Origin: the human T2T-CHM13v2.0 reference genome, Homo sapiens
Strand: one strand, 5' to 3'
DNA: 64,000 nt
Assembly (NCBI RefSeq): GCF_009914755.1
Contig: NC_060926.1
In this document: piece by piece, positions 40,471-57,594 of the stretch
Layout of the letters: each line of letters starts with the position of its first letter
Numbering within the stretch: the first letter of the stretch is position 1
Position numbers and translations under genes: made by a program
The notes under the pieces: generated by a model
Database searches by the model: none
The model's input: the letters and a program-made list of their open reading frames with translations, nothing else
What the model was told of the DNA's origin: nothing

Positions 40471-42536
40471 CGGTAACCAAGAGTCCTGGTGCTTGCGTTT
40501 GGAGGTGAAGAGGGGTAGAGGATCTTGGAGAATGACTAATGTCAGTGAGGCAGGCATAGACAGACAGCCATTCCAGGAAACACTGGGAACACTAATGCGA
40601 TCCCCTAGGAGCTCCCCAAATACCAACTACTACTAACGCCTTAGGCTGACAAGTAGGGAGAGAGAGTAAAAAGCTCCAGGCTCAACTAGCGCCACCATCA
40701 TCTCTCTTTCCTCCTCGTCCATCCCACCTCCCCTCCTGACTGCTGCTCATAGGCTAGGAAGAGTGGAATTTGGAGCTCAGTTGCCTCCTAATCCAGCCAC
40801 CATCTCCACTGCCCTCTCGCACACACATGCAGACTTCAGCCTTGCATATGGACACAAATCTGTGATCCGGTGGGTCCACGTTCTCTCTTTGTTTCAGGCC
40901 TCATCCAAAGAGTGTTGTGGCACAGGTGCAGCACTGGCGGTGGGAGGGAGGGGAGGACTGGGGCGAGAGGGGCATGAGGCTCTCATCAGCTCTCTTTAGA
41001 AAACAATAACTATAAAGCTGAATGAGCTTTTGATTGTGACACTCAGTTTTATTCAAATTGAATTTTGCTTTACCTAAACTCTATCCTTTTGGTGTGTGAA
41101 TTACTCAAGTCTTTATTCAAACTTCAAGCCTTGTATGGAGAACAGAATAGGAAGGTCAAAGGATGGATTTCTTCCATATCCTCAGAAGGGCCAAGAGAGA
41201 ATAAGAAGGTAGACTTTTTCTACTTAGGGAAACCAAAGAGGGGATTGGTGTGTTCTAGTATTATCCTTTTGCGGACATAAACACTATAACCAGTTAAAGG
41301 AAGATGGCTTAAAAATGGAATATGTGAACTGCAAATATGAAAGTATGTTGAAAGAGAAAAATAGGAAAAGTTATATCAGCATCTTAGGTTGATTGTTCTT
41401 TAACTGGAAACAAAGCCCCAGAATAGAGACAATATAGATATAAAATATACTATGTATTTTATTTAACATATACTTATATACCAGAAATGAAGCTGCCTGT
41501 TTTGACAATTGCTTTCTCTATAAATTTCTGCCAGAAAAAAAATCATTATGAATTCAACAAATCACATCTCAATTAGTTATTCTGGTCAACTTGAGACTTA
41601 GATTTATTTATGAAATAATGCTTTCCAGAAAGAAAAACATCTGGCTTTTTAAAATAGTTGTTAATGTAAAATTTTAACCCAAGTAATTGTATTACTGTAA
41701 CTCACTAGCAATTAAAAAAAAGTGTGTAGGATATCCAAAAGAAAGGACCATATTAAATTAAAATAAAGTGTTTTTTTTTTTACAGTAAAATTCATACCAT
41801 CTGGCCTAATTTGTCTTGGTGTTTTGCCCAGTGTAGTATCAGCTTTTTGAGAACTATAAATTATTAGGTAACTCCCCTGAAAAAATATGAGTGAAGAAAA
41901 AATATGGGTTGATGACGACATCCTGATTATATGTCTGAATATTTGGGAAAACACTGATGTGGTGGAACAGCCCAACCTAAGTCAATCTGGGCACGAAACT
42001 GGTTCAGGGAGGGAACCCACACTAGACACAACGGTGATGAAAAGGACGGGCTCACAGAGGGTGACAGGGAAAATAACATGTGAAACAATAGAGAAATAAC
42101 AGTTCCAGATCCTGAACATTACCTCTTTGTCAAGTGCTTCTGATTCCAATTAAGTTTACAGGAAAAATAACCAGGCAACCCCTGCCTGACTCAAAAAAAT
42201 GTACAGACTATTAAAGGATGCTTTTAAATAGCAGGGTGATAAATGGGGCATCCACATGTGAGCACCAGCATATTTTTCATCTAAATTCTGTTCTTCTGTC
42301 TTCCAGCTGATCACTTTAATAGGGTGTCACCTCAGCCTGTGCAGAGGTGCCCAGAGGGGGTGCAGCTCCTAGATTGTTAACAGAAGTGTTGTTTCAAAAA
42401 CTTATGTGACTACTCTCAGAAAAGGTAAATGTCAAACCACAGACTATGGGCTCCTTTATCATGGAGCCGCAGGTTTCCTTTCTATTTAGAGTCTATGTCC
42501 CACAGATTGATAAGACTGTTTAAAGAATAATCTTAC

Positions 42537-42584
42537 CCGGATTATTTCTTCAACACAGCTGTTGGTTTCTCCAGATCTACTCTC
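42537..42584 (-). CDS. AFF3: Internal 48-nt coding exon of AFF3 (LAF4, AF4/FMR2 family, super elongation complex scaffold), peptide [16 protein letters not shown], phase 0-0
   Basis: Minus strand reads cttaatttttttttctttgctttcag|GAG AGT AGA TCT GGA GAA ACC AAC AGC TGT GTT GAA GAA ATA ATC CGG|gtaaga: branch-like CTTAAT, polypyrimidine tract, CAG acceptor, GTAAGA donor. The peptide matches remembered AFF3 ...[31 protein letters not shown]..., homologous to the AFF4 SCVDEILKEMTHSWPPPL segment. Absent from the ORF track because it is too short. Confidence 0.95.
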
Positions 42585-44176
42585 CTGAAAGCAAAGAAAA
42601 AAAAATTAAGCCTGATGGAATAGATTGATGACCACACAGAAGACATGCAAGGTTCCAAATTAGTCCCCCCTCAACAAAAAAATTCAGCGAGTTACAGGTT
42701 GAGGGGATGCCTGACCTGGGACTGGCAGACAGGCTCCTTTCCCTAACAGCCGGCTCCCATTGTGGCTGCTGCTCCCCCTTCTCTGGCTGGAGCACCACAC
42801 ACGCACCCCAGAGGCTCAACTGTGGCCCCTCCAACCACCCTACTTTAAGTGGGGTGGGCTCCTAGGGGTACAGAACGTGACCTGCAGGTATGAGCTCCAT
42901 CCACCTTGGGTGCCATTAACGTGTGGAAACTGTGGCCTCCGCTACAACAGTGGATCCAATTTATCCACCAAATATATGCCGTGGGCCTACCAAGTACCAC
43001 AATGGTTGCTACGGCTTAAGTAAAAGTCTGGTAGTTCCACCGTCCTCAAAGCCTTGGTTTACTGGTTTGATAGGCAGAAAACTGAAAGACCAAAAAGAGA
43101 AACATCCTCTGGATGTTGGACTGGCATGTGGGGCGTCACGCTCAAGTCACTTGTTCTGTCACTCAGCCTGCCCTGTGCTGTGCAGATGTTCCGAGGTGCA
43201 GTGGCTTCAGGTCACAGCCGACTCTGGGGAGCATTTTAAGTTCCAGAGATGCTGTGTGGGTCCTGCTGGCTACACAGCCAAGAGTGCAGGATGTGGGTTT
43301 GTGGGGACACAGAAGCAGTGGACGCTGGTGAAAGTGCCTACCTGTGGTCTCAGGGAGATCACTTCTCTTCGTCCTGCAATTCAAGGATGTCAACCTGAGA
43401 GTAGATGTCACTGTGACATCCTGGAATGAGGCTTTTCTCCACAGTCTCTTCTCCAAGGCCACTCTCCCTTCCTCCTCACTGTTCTCTCTCTACCAAGAAT
43501 GCTATCTGCACCTTTCCTGGTTTTTCTAGTTAATTTCCTAGTTAATTCCTAGTTAAGTCATCCTTCGAACAGCAGCTTATCCACAGCTTCCTCCGAGCAG
43601 CCACCCTGACCCTAGAGTGCTTGCCCCCAGCAGCCTCCACTTCTTCAAAGCCCTCACCACGACGGCAATTCAATAGTGAAGTCTCCAGCAATATCTCCTC
43701 CCTCTAAAACATCAGCTCCCTGGATTCCAGGGCTCCCTGTCTTCCAGCACCGTGCTCCACACAGCATGGGGCACCCCCAATAACTATTGGCTGGTGGTAG
43801 GTGTATGAATAAATGAATGAGTTTACTTCCTGCAGTTCTGAGGGGCATGAGGCTCATCAGAATCAGCACTAGGACTTTAAAAAATATTATGAAGGCTCTA
43901 CCAGTGACCGTTCCATCACACTCTCCATGCCCTGTGTCTGCCAGCTCATTCCTTGTCCTGGGGTAGAGCATTTCCTTTGAAACACTCTACCCTTCACTTG
44001 AGTTAGGCGCCAGGCTGAAGGAAGGTATGTGAGGCTTGAAAAGGTCACACACATGATCGAGACCTTCTCCTACCCAGAATTAGGGGATTTATCCAAGTCT
44101 CCCACCTGAGGCCCAGAAAGTTTACACAACTTGCCGAAGGCCACACAGAGTTACCATATGGTAATCTCTGTTTTAA

Positions 44177-44483
<307 letters not shown>

Positions 44484-44631
44484 TGAGGAACTGTCAAATT
44501 GTTTTCCACATTGGCTGTACCATTTTACATTCCCACCATCAATGCATGAGGATTCTAATTTCTCCACATTTTCACCAATACTTGCTATTTTACTCTACTT
44601 TATAATAGCTATCCTAGTGGATAAGAAATGA

Positions 44632-44960
<329 letters not shown>

Positions 44961-46709
44961 AGATCTGCATTTTCTTAATGACTAATGATGCTGAGCATCT
45001 TGTGTTTACTGAACATTTGTTTATCTTCTTTGGAGAAATGTTTATTCAAGCACTTTGCCCATGTTGTAATTGGGTTGCCTTTTTATTGTTTTATTATAGG
45101 AGTGCTTTGTATATTCTGGATATCAGAAGACTCTTAGCAGATATATGATTTACAAATATTTTGTTCCATTCTTTGGGTTGTTTTTTCACGCTCTTGGTAG
45201 TGTTCATGGATGCACAAAACTTTAATTTTGATGAAGTCCAATTTACCCGTTTTTTTCTTCTGCTGTTTGAGCTTTTGAGTATCATATCTAAGAAACCATT
45301 GCTAAATTCAAGCCATGAAAATTTCCCTTTATGTTTGTTTTCTTTCAAGAGTTTTACAGACAGTTTTAGCTCTTTTGTATAGGTCTTTGATACAATCGTC
45401 TGGGAACTTTTAGGTGAAGTTTATTTTCTTGTGGATTATTTGGTGAATTTTCGTTAAAACAGGAATGTTATCTTTTTGCTTCATTCTAGTCTCATCATTA
45501 AAAGACCAACAACAAAATGTGCAAGGCACAGCCACTGCTACTAGTAGTGCATGAAGACAACATGCACTACTTGGCTTATCCTTATAAGCCAAGAAAAATA
45601 GTGTTCAATATCATGACACCAATGCTTTCACTAATACTTCACACCCTTTCCTATACTCATCCTTCCTTCTGTTTTCCCAAAAGCTTCAGTTGGCCACATA
45701 CTTATTACAAGCTTTCACTCCCATTCCCAATTCCTTACCACAGGACTGCTCTGGAAACATCACCATTCTGACACTCTGATACAACTGGATCAGAGAGCTC
45801 TTTTGGAACCTGATCCTTTTCCAGGGAAGCCTGAGGTGACCATCACAAAGGTTATATAGGAAAGTCTCAGTCGGGCCGGGGGGCTTGATGGTCACTTGGA
45901 AGGATTTCCTTTGGCGTTCATGGTGGGAATGAGTGGTCTGAATTAGAAAATGTACCGTCAAACCTACAGAATATCATTAATCATGACTCTTATCCTACTT
46001 CTAAGTCCCAACCATTTCCTACTGCATAATATGCTGGCAGGGCAAATGCTGAATTCTCAATGTGCTTTCTGTTTTCTACCACAAAACAATTAATCAAGAA
46101 AAACTTGACCTCAGGTCCTCCTGGTGGAATCACCCAGATATAACAGCACACTACAAATACTCTTAAAATTAAACTTCGGGTTTAATTCCTTAAAGCTAAG
46201 CTTCCCTGAATATCACACTTTAATTTCCTTTGATGTAGTTTATATAAATGACAGGTTGCTTTTATAACTATCTCCCTTATAATCCTATACATTTCAACTA
46301 TTCTACTCTGATAAGGAAATGCGCTGAGAGAGAAATGCAGGATAGATGCCCTATTAGATACTTCTCTCATCACTGGAGACATAGATGTAGGATCTTTACA
46401 CTAAGTCATCTCTAAGGCAGCTCCAACCAGAAGCCTTGATGGTCTGGACAGACATCAGGTCATTCCCTACTAGGAAGGCCCTTTGTAAAGCTAAGGAGGC
46501 GGCAGAGGTGAGGCCAGGGTGAGGGACTTCTAACAACAGTCTCAGGAAGTCCTGGCCTTAAATTACAGCATGGACAGTCTTTGGCAGAGGAACCTCTTGA
46601 GTCTTTTCAGAACACTGAGAAATGTTCTGGGGACTCAAGAAGAGTACCACATTGGTTTGAATCTCCAGGACCCCATTTAGATTGGAGTGAATCCATGGGC
46701 CACAGTATC

Positions 46710-46900
46710 GTAGAAAATCTGAATGGGAAAGAACTTTGGAGCTCCTTTCAGCCCAAGTCAATGACTTTAACAGATGGAGATGCCATGGCTCAGAGAAGTG
46801 AAGGGCTCTGTCCAAAAATCATTCTGACAGCAAGACACAGTTGAGGCAGAATCCACTCACATTTCAACACCAGCTCATTGAGTTCTCTACTATCTCATGC
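46710..46900 (-). mobile_element. MIR fragment
   Basis: ttaacagatggagatgccatggctcagagaagtgaagggctctgtccaa. Confidence 0.6.
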
Positions 46901-48945
46901 TGTCTTCCTGCAGCTCAATCCCTAGAGCTGGCTCATGCTGAGGTAACTTGCATGCTCACAGTATGAAAATAAAAGAATGCAGATAGTATTGGGGTAAATT
47001 TCCTCCTCCTTTTCCACGTGGCACATTACTCAGCGCTTGATCATTGCCTCTCACTAGCTAATCTCCAACACTACACGTGTAGACCAAAGGGGGAAGAGAG
47101 GAGAGGGGAAGTAGAGAGAAAAAGTCAAATCTACTACCCCTTCTGTGACATTAAAAAATAAGGGGTAAGGGTTTGTGTCCTTAGAAGTAGGAGGATGGAA
47201 TTCCACCTTATCTTTTCCAAATTACAGAAAGCGTAGGTAGATAGGTAGGGTTGGGGTTGGGGGATCTGGGGTACGTTTACCTTCTTGAGGTCTTTCTCAA
47301 ATCTGGTTTCAGCTGCAGTTGTGTGCTTACTTTGATTATATTTACATTTTGAAAACTTTCCATGTTTATCAACAAGATTAAAATATGCATGTAATTTACA
47401 TCTCCAAATTCGTGTTTATATTTTTCACAATAAAGTTATTGCTTTCCTTGGAAAGGTACCCACTGAGAAGGAAGGCTGCACAATGCACATTTTAATTACT
47501 CTGTATTTTTTGACGGTTTGTAGCTGTTGTTTCATGCTGAGTTGCTGAGCTGTTGCTCCGTATTTACTCCAACTTTGAGGAACCCACCTCATTTTCCTAT
47601 CATTACATTTTGAAATCTGTCATAACAGTCTCACCTCATTGAACCTCCAACTAAACTTCAATTAAGAGCTAGCAACCCCAGCTGATTCTCCTCTTCTACA
47701 GCACTGTCTAGCATGTGATTTCCCTAAATCCTACCATTTAAATGTACATGCCGCACACTGCCAAGAAATGTACAGAACTATGCTGTGGGTAAGTGTAGCT
47801 CGGGGAATAGCCAGGAGCATCCCATCCCTGATGGTGGAAGTCCCTAATTACCATGCCAAGCACAGAATATGGGGAGAAGCAGGGCTTAAGGAAAAAGAGT
47901 GTGATCAAATCAGTGGGAAATGGTATTTCATTGCAGAGATGGGCTGCACAAGTCCTCATTTTTGAAAATAGTTTAACTCTTTATCACACACATTTCAGGT
48001 GGAACTTGCATTCTAAAATACTACTACTTTCAAGTCACAATGCCTTTGTTTATCTTCAAGCACTCAAAAGACCCTCAAGCATTTAGAAATTGTGTATCCC
48101 ATGTACACTCTTAAACACTCCTGCAGAAATATTTTTAAATCAATCTATTCTTGATTTATCACAAACCTGACATACAAAAAGTTAGGTATGCTGTCAATAC
48201 CACAAAAGCATTGGTGAGAATCTGAGCTCAGATGCAGGGACCATCATAATTCCATGGGAAGTCCATCCCTACAACTGTGTCTCCTGCCTTATCTTTAAGG
48301 ATAGGGCCACCTGTGAACAGAGGCAGACAGCCAGTTCTCTCCCAAATTCAGCCTGTCTCACACCTAACCTGTACCATCCCCTGTCAGGGGCTTCACTCTG
48401 CTCCCAATCCCCAAGCTAGAAGCCCAGCTGCCTCTGAGCCTCCTCTGATCCTCCTGTCTCCACCATCATCTATATATGTAGATGAGGAAAATGCAAAGGA
48501 AAAATACACAAACAGCCAGGGCTTTAACAGAGCATCAAAATGAGATATGCTAGGAAAAAGGAAGAGAAATATAATTATTATAGTTAGAAGTATTTAATCC
48601 ATCCCTATTTTTCCTAACAGACAAAGGATACAAAAGCTCAGCTTCAATACTCAATTTTAGGGTCCTTTTAATGTATTGTATCACCAAGGGAAAATAAGTC
48701 AACTGTATTTATATCAGCTTACAGAGTGTTTATCATAAATCCAGAAAAACTGAAACTCACTGTTATTTTAAAATCGTTAATAATTATATTAGTTGACTAT
48801 AAACTAAACAGTCAAATCTCAATAGCTCTTCTGTGTAGCAGTAAACAATTTAAAAATATTTAAAAATCCCATCCATAATTTAAGAAAAATAAATAAGGAT
48901 AACCTCAACAAGAAATGTTTGAGATTTGTTTTTAAAACTTCAGAG

Positions 48946-49278
<333 letters not shown>

Positions 49279-49289
49279 TTAATTTTAAA

Positions 49290-49796
<507 letters not shown>

Positions 49797-50879
49797 TTAC
49801 TTTTTACAATGATTTTACTGTATTAAAACATTTTACACTGCACTGAAAAGAAGAACATGAGAAAATGTTCATGGGTACCATTTGCTTGTACTGGTAGATT
49901 TTCCAGTGGATGTGCTGCCTCTCATTTACGTGTTTCTGACCAGTTCCTAGCAGAGAACTCAGTACAACAGAGCAGGCATTCGATTATATTTGTTGAATGA
50001 ATAAATTAATGACCAATACACTAAAAAAAAAAAGACTATTTACAAAATGAAAGTCCTAAACTTTATAAGAATAATGCCGGTTATCTACATTACAAAGAAA
50101 TGTCTTTGCTTTATCCAAAAACTACTACAACAGCAGCAAACCACCAATGTTCTAAATTCTTAGAACATCAACATTTATTTACTTCATTAAAATTAGGCTT
50201 ATATCCATTAAGTACAGAAACCATTAACAAGTCATTTGACTTCCCTAATTCCCACATTGGTACCTGTAAATTAGAGAGTAAGTATCAGTCTTCTATTAGC
50301 AGACAATATTGTTAAAGAGCTAATAATTTTCTGTCAGATATTTAGCACTAGGACAAGGTATTTCAATTATGTTATTATTTTTATGAACAGAAATTAGCGA
50401 TCTGAATCAGAGCCTATAGTTAAAAGCATATTTGGTTTTCAGAAAGTTAAGTGGTCTGTCAGTGTGCTGACGATGTCAAGAACCTATTGATGGCATGAAG
50501 AGATGGGAGATGAGAAGCAGACAGTGATTTCATATCCTGATGACTAATTGATATTGAGTGCTTATCCATGGGGTCATGTCTCAAAAAAGTACCACAGTAC
50601 TGTCTACTGGGGTCGTCTTTCACACTGCTCTGTCAACACTGGGTGAAGAAACCATGTTACAGGGCTTCCCACTTGCAACTTGACATTGATAAGAATACTT
50701 TAAGATTTCTGTGTTCTTTCACCTAAAACCCTACGTCGTTAATTTTACCAAGAAGAAGATCACACAGGTTCAGGCAGGAGTGACAATGCTGAAGTCATTT
50801 AATCCTCACATTACAGGCAAACTTCAGTGAGATTTTGCAAATGTACCATTTCCTCTTGAACATTTTCCTGAATCTTTAT

Positions 50880-51529
<650 letters not shown>

Positions 51530-52194
51530 TGATCTAATATTCTTTTTTTAAGGGATGGCAGGAAATGTACACGAAAACACATCTGATTATCACTTATAGT
51601 CAGTTTTCTAATCATAAAATTCTGAACACAAAAGCTTGCAAGACAAACAGAGTAATCTAATGTGGCTGAAGAAACTAACCACTTAAAGATCCTACTTAGC
51701 ACCACTCTAATTTGTGTCCCACAGTAAGATGGATAATCAATTCCCTTTTAGCCATGAATGGAAATGACCATTGTAAATGGCAAAAGTGCTGCTGCGTATT
51801 TGACGATATTCTATTTGGCACATTCTATTAATTTTATTTAAGCATTTTGCTAAAAGAGCAGACTCACAAATCACCCTTCCTATGTCATGTTCTTTATGGA
51901 TCTTTCTCTCCATTATCATCTGACCTTCCCCACGGGGTCTCAGCTCTTCCTGACCCTCAGAACAGGGTTCATTCTGCATACTCAACATCAGCCATTTCTA
52001 TGTATGCTCTCTGAGGTGATACGCTAGAAATAAATGCTGAATAAATAAATACAGCTAAAATCAGCCAGAGCACAGGAGAGAAGGCTTATCTGAGAGGTGG
52101 GAGCAGGTAGCACTGGAAAACATGAGTGAGAAACTGGCACTTTTTTTGTTGGCTGCTGAGGAATTTTTCAATACTCCAAGTTTTATATTTTTAA

Positions 52195-52518
<324 letters not shown>

Positions 52519-53062
52519 CATTTTCATTCTTTATTCTACTGGTGTTGCTTTACTGTTAGTCTTGGAAAATATTTGCAGGATATGAAGAGAGCTATTATAG
52601 TGGCAATCTATTTTATCTTTTCCCTTCTACTCCCATAAAATGTTCAGAGCCTTGAAAAACAAGGTGCGTGTCCCAGTAAAAGGCAGAGTGAGTCCTTCTG
52701 CTTGTAGAACTTGGGGTATCTGGGGCTGAACTCAGATATTAATCCTCACATGTGTCCCCTCTCGTTTTTCAGAGCTGGCTTCAGAACGTCTCAGCAGTGA
52801 CTGCTGACCACTGAATTTTCACGTAAAACATCACCAGATAAAGTTAGCCCCGGGTGATCCTGCTCAGCAACTCAGAAGGGAAGGGAGCTTCAGAACTGCT
52901 TTCTATCCTCATTCTAAAGCCTCTGGGTGGGACCCAAGGTGAAGACAATCTCTCTGTATCTTGACGCCCACACTACTATTATAAAACTCCATGGTATTGT
53001 AATCTAAAGGGAGAACAAACAGTTGTACAAAACAAAAGGGTCAATAAGAAATAGACATCAGA

Positions 53063-53413
<351 letters not shown>

Positions 53414-54474
53414 CTATCTGGACAGAATGCAGACATTCCTGCTTCAATGCCACCTAACACTGTGTATGAGATCCGCCACGTACAGGGAAAAGCTGCAAAG
53501 AAAACCATGTGCTTAGGCCACTTTTTGGCTTCACAACCTTTGGCTTCTCTCAAGAGAATATTAGAGTATAGAATTGATCATAAGGCAAATTTCTGCACCA
53601 AGAATTTACCTTTCCAATGGAGAAAAGTCTGTGTTTACTGAATATAAAATAAATTAATTAAAAAGGCTTGTAATCCAACTAAAAGACATCCAAGATGATG
53701 TTGGAACAATCTAACAAAAAATGATCATTTTGTGATAAACACCCATAAGAGCAGTCAAATTAAGTCAGTAAGTATAAACGAAAAATTGTCATGGTTATTT
53801 TCTATCTAACGCCATGACTTAAAGGCTTACAGAAAAATAAAATAAAAAATCATTCAGTTATCTCTCGAATCTCCTCTCCAACATAATCACGCTAAGGAAT
53901 AATATGCTTAATTATGGACTTGATTTCTAGCACTGGGAAAGTAGATGGTTTTTAGAAACTACTTCCATTAGGCTAAAAAAAGAGGACACTCGGAAACCTA
54001 GCAGTAGTAAAGGAGTAAATGATACAGACTACTTAATGTAACATGCAACCAAATGGGGGACTTGGAAGATGTGCCAGGTAGTCTAAAGAGTGAATGTAAG
54101 AAAAGACTGGCTACTGCTTAGGTAAATGGTGTAGTGTGAAATGGTACAAAATCAATGGATGACAGAGAAAAGCATGATTCCACTTCTACCTCACTTCTGC
54201 CTGCACACCATAAACCATCCTCAAAGTTACAAGCAGAACAAATTAAGAGAGGACTCACCCCAGTTAGATGGCAATAGTAAGAGAATGTTTTAACCACTTT
54301 ACATGGCAGCCCCAGGGAAAACAGCACCCATGGCATTGGAGGGACTGGCAGATACAGTCACAGAACAACTCTCTAAAAGAAACCACAGCCGGAAAAAGCA
54401 AATGTCCTAGCTCTTCCCTAAGATAGGATCCTCAAATTGCAGACTAATTTGTTGCTGGGTCCTCAAAATCACCA

Positions 54475-54720
54475 GAGGTTGTGTGGCGCAGTAGGCAGGA
54501 ACATGGACCTTTGCAAACCCAATTCTGCCATTAGTTACATATGTCCCTGCGGTGGGGGCGTCATCTGATTTCTCTAGACCATACGTTTTTCATTTGTAGA
54601 ACCGAGACAGTAACAGCACCTACGAAATGTGAGGGCTAAAAATGAGGCAACGCATATAAAGCATTTACAAGGTGCCTACTACACAACAGCTGATCAGTAT
54701 ATAAATACGATTATTTTATT
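54475..54720 (+). mobile_element. MIR
   Basis: tttttcatttgtaga...aacagcacctac...gcatataaagcattta...gtgcct. Confidence 0.65.
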
Positions 54721-54954
54721 TTAGAATTACATAAAAAGTATTTTCGTATTTAGAAAAGAAAGCAATGATTACTAGGAGGCAACAAGAGTTCACAAGAACC
54801 AGATGATGTTATCTCTACCATTCTCCTCTGGTTTTTAAATATAATGTGTTTAGATTTCTGCAAGATTGATTTCCCAGTGGGTAGAAGGAAATGATGGATT
54901 GGTTGCTCATATAGCTGGACGGACTGGTAGCTAATTGAACAGCCATGCCTAAGG

Positions 54955-55180
54955 AGTATTGTTCAACAAATACTTCATTGTGCTTACTATGTGTTCAGCA
55001 TGTCCTATATGCTAAGGATTCATAAGTGAATAAGACAGACAAAAATTCCTGTCCTCATGGAGTTTATATTGTAATGAGATGAGGCAGTAAAATAATAAAT
55101 AAATTATAAAGTATAGTAGAATATGGAATGTTATAGGGAAAAGTTAGACCAGGGTAAGGGTATGGGACTGTGGGATGGGG
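54955..55180 (-). mobile_element. L2 3' fragment
   Basis: ttcaacaaatacttcattgtgcttactatgtg...cctgtcctcatggagtttatatt. Confidence 0.75.
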
Positions 55181-57594
55181 CTTTATGCTTGTAATCTGTC
55201 TGTTAAATAAGCATGCTATCTGACATCCAAAACACAGTATAAGCCCCAGGCTGTTAGCCTCCTCCCCTCTTCCTACTTATAAACCTGTAGTATTTTTTCC
55301 TTCCACTATGAGAACTTCATTACTCTGAGTCATAATTGTGTGTTTAATGTTTACCTTTGTCGCTAAGCTGAAAGCTCCAGAGTCTAGGGAGAATGGCAAG
55401 ACCAAGGAAGGGTCTCAGCATTTGAGGAATGGCTGCAGAAAGTGTCACGGGAAGGAGAATCAAATGGACCACACTGGATGCCTCGTGTTTTTAAAGGACA
55501 TTGTTATTAATGGGACAGGGTTCATACTCATTCTGGGTCATTCCAGACACGGGAGTTTGAACTAATGGGGGAAAGTCCAGGGACTAGTCCAGCTTCCCAA
55601 AAGTTCTTTTTCACAGTTAGAATAATCTACAAAGAAAGTAAGCATGATTGATTTCATGTTCAATCAGAAGTTAAATGATTAAGTGGAAGTTACTTATTAA
55701 CCTACACTTCTAAAATGTAAGATTCTAACTTTAAGACTATAATTCTGGTCATTTCCAACAATTTTATTAATAAAACGTTGAATGGTAAATTTCTGTATTT
55801 TCTGGGTTAGTGTAGTAGTAAGTCTATGACTTCTTTGTTAAGAAAACCCATACAGAGAATACAAAGATTATTTATTCTAAAAGTACCAATCTAAAATTAT
55901 GAAATAAGAGTCATTATAGCAGCTAACAAATTAAATGGATTAATTGGGTAGAGATTTGAGAGATTATAATTAATGATAAATCAATAAAGTATTCAACATG
56001 AAAATCTATTACAACCCTGTTTATGTTATTTAACTTCAAGCATTCAGTTCTGTATGCTTCTAATTAGCAAGCTATAAAAGATGCCATCCATAAAAACATA
56101 ATGAGAAGAACTGTTTATAATGATAATTAAGATTCATTTGCTCAGAGAGAAGGGTTCACACGGCTACAGGTTGCAGCAAACAAAGGGTTAAGCTCATTAT
56201 TGAGGAAAATACTACATTTAGGCAGCATTTATTAGACATTTAACCCTATCAGGCAGAGCCTTGCCTTAGAAAATACATCATAAATAATGCTTCTTACAAG
56301 ACAGGCAAGATTTTCCAAAGTGAGGTAGCAACTACTGGGAGTCCATGACATTCTGTAACTTTGCTGGGCTTGACTCATCCAACTGTGTTAGTAATAATTA
56401 AACTCTAGCTGATGGCTTTTATGTTCTCTTTCTGGTTTCTCAAGTCTTCCCTGCATTGATGTTTTATTAAAAATATATTGTGTATTGTGAAGGCCAGTGG
56501 AGAAAAAATTTTACATTTTCCCTTTCCGCCTCTGGGCTGGAGTTTGCCTTCTATAGCACTTTGTCTCATACTCCGAGCACTGTTTGAGGCTTCTCATGGG
56601 CTTGCCAGTGGCAAAATTGAGGCTCAGAGGTGGGAAACATAAACCCATAATACAAAGACCCTCACTTTTTAGATCCTTTTGTAATTCTGGCTTTAGAAAA
56701 ATCAAAGTTTTCATTCAGCAGAGAAGAAGCTTCTTCCCCCTTTCACAGAAACTCTAATATCTATAAAGACCCACTCAGTGAAGCCCAAAATGCTTTCTAG
56801 ACACATAATTGTAGCAATAAAAGTGTGTCTTCACCTCCCACTGTACCTCTGAGCTGATAGATACAATTTGTTACTCCATTGACAACCTGCCAACACTTCA
56901 CAATAATTAGAGCCAATGGTCCTTTTCTAGATATAGCATAATGTAACCTTCAATATTAACGTTTTTTTCCCCCATCAGTGCAGGCCTAAGACAGAACAAC
57001 TCTAAGACTAGTCCTAGCCTGAAGTCACAGAGACCTTTAATGCAGGTCACGGGCAGGACAGCAATGATCAAGGGTAAACTCTAACACATGAACTGGTAAC
57101 CCAGCAGTCAGCCACTGTGTGGCCTGCTACATTAACCGCCCTCTGAGCCAAGCAGGCACCCCAGCGGTCCTCATTTAAAAAGAAAAAAATATAAGAATCT
57201 TAATAGAGAGATTGGGGGGCTTATTTTTCATGATCATGTGCCTTTAAAAGGAAAGTCCTAGAGTCAGCCCTGATCAATACAGCCTCTCCTGCTTCCTGCT
57301 TTCAATCTGTTAAGCAAGAAAATGCTTTCATGTTGGCACTAATCCCACTGTGCCCCCAAAGAAGAGAAAAAAACCTCCCGAGAGACTATTTAATATCCAC
57401 ACAGTCGGTTTTTAGAAAAACAAAACAAAACAAAAAACCCAAGGAAATGAAGACTATCAGGAGAACACTCCCGGAAAAACCCTCCTGAAAACATGCCTGA
57501 GTAAAAGAAAAGTCAAAAGACTAGATAGAGAAATGATGTCCAGGGAGCTCATAATCTGCTTGTGCAAGAATTCTAGTTTCTAGAAAGTCACTGA

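Noticed and set aside
40942-40963. G4-like motif GGG-A-GGG-A-GGGG-N6-GGGG
   Set aside because: Isolated motif with no supporting context. Common genome-wide.
42582-42587. CAGGAG tandem (NAGNAG) acceptor
   Set aside because: A distal GAG acceptor is rarely used, and the remembered protein retains this Glu.
42923-43429. 168-aa plus-strand ORF near the AFF3 exon
   Set aside because: GTG start, antisense to AFF3, no recognisable homology. Overlapping ORFs in several frames point to a locally GC-richer chance ORF.
43526-43556. Three tandem ctagttaa units
   Set aside because: Short slippage duplication in an L2-like remnant. No spacers, not CRISPR-like.
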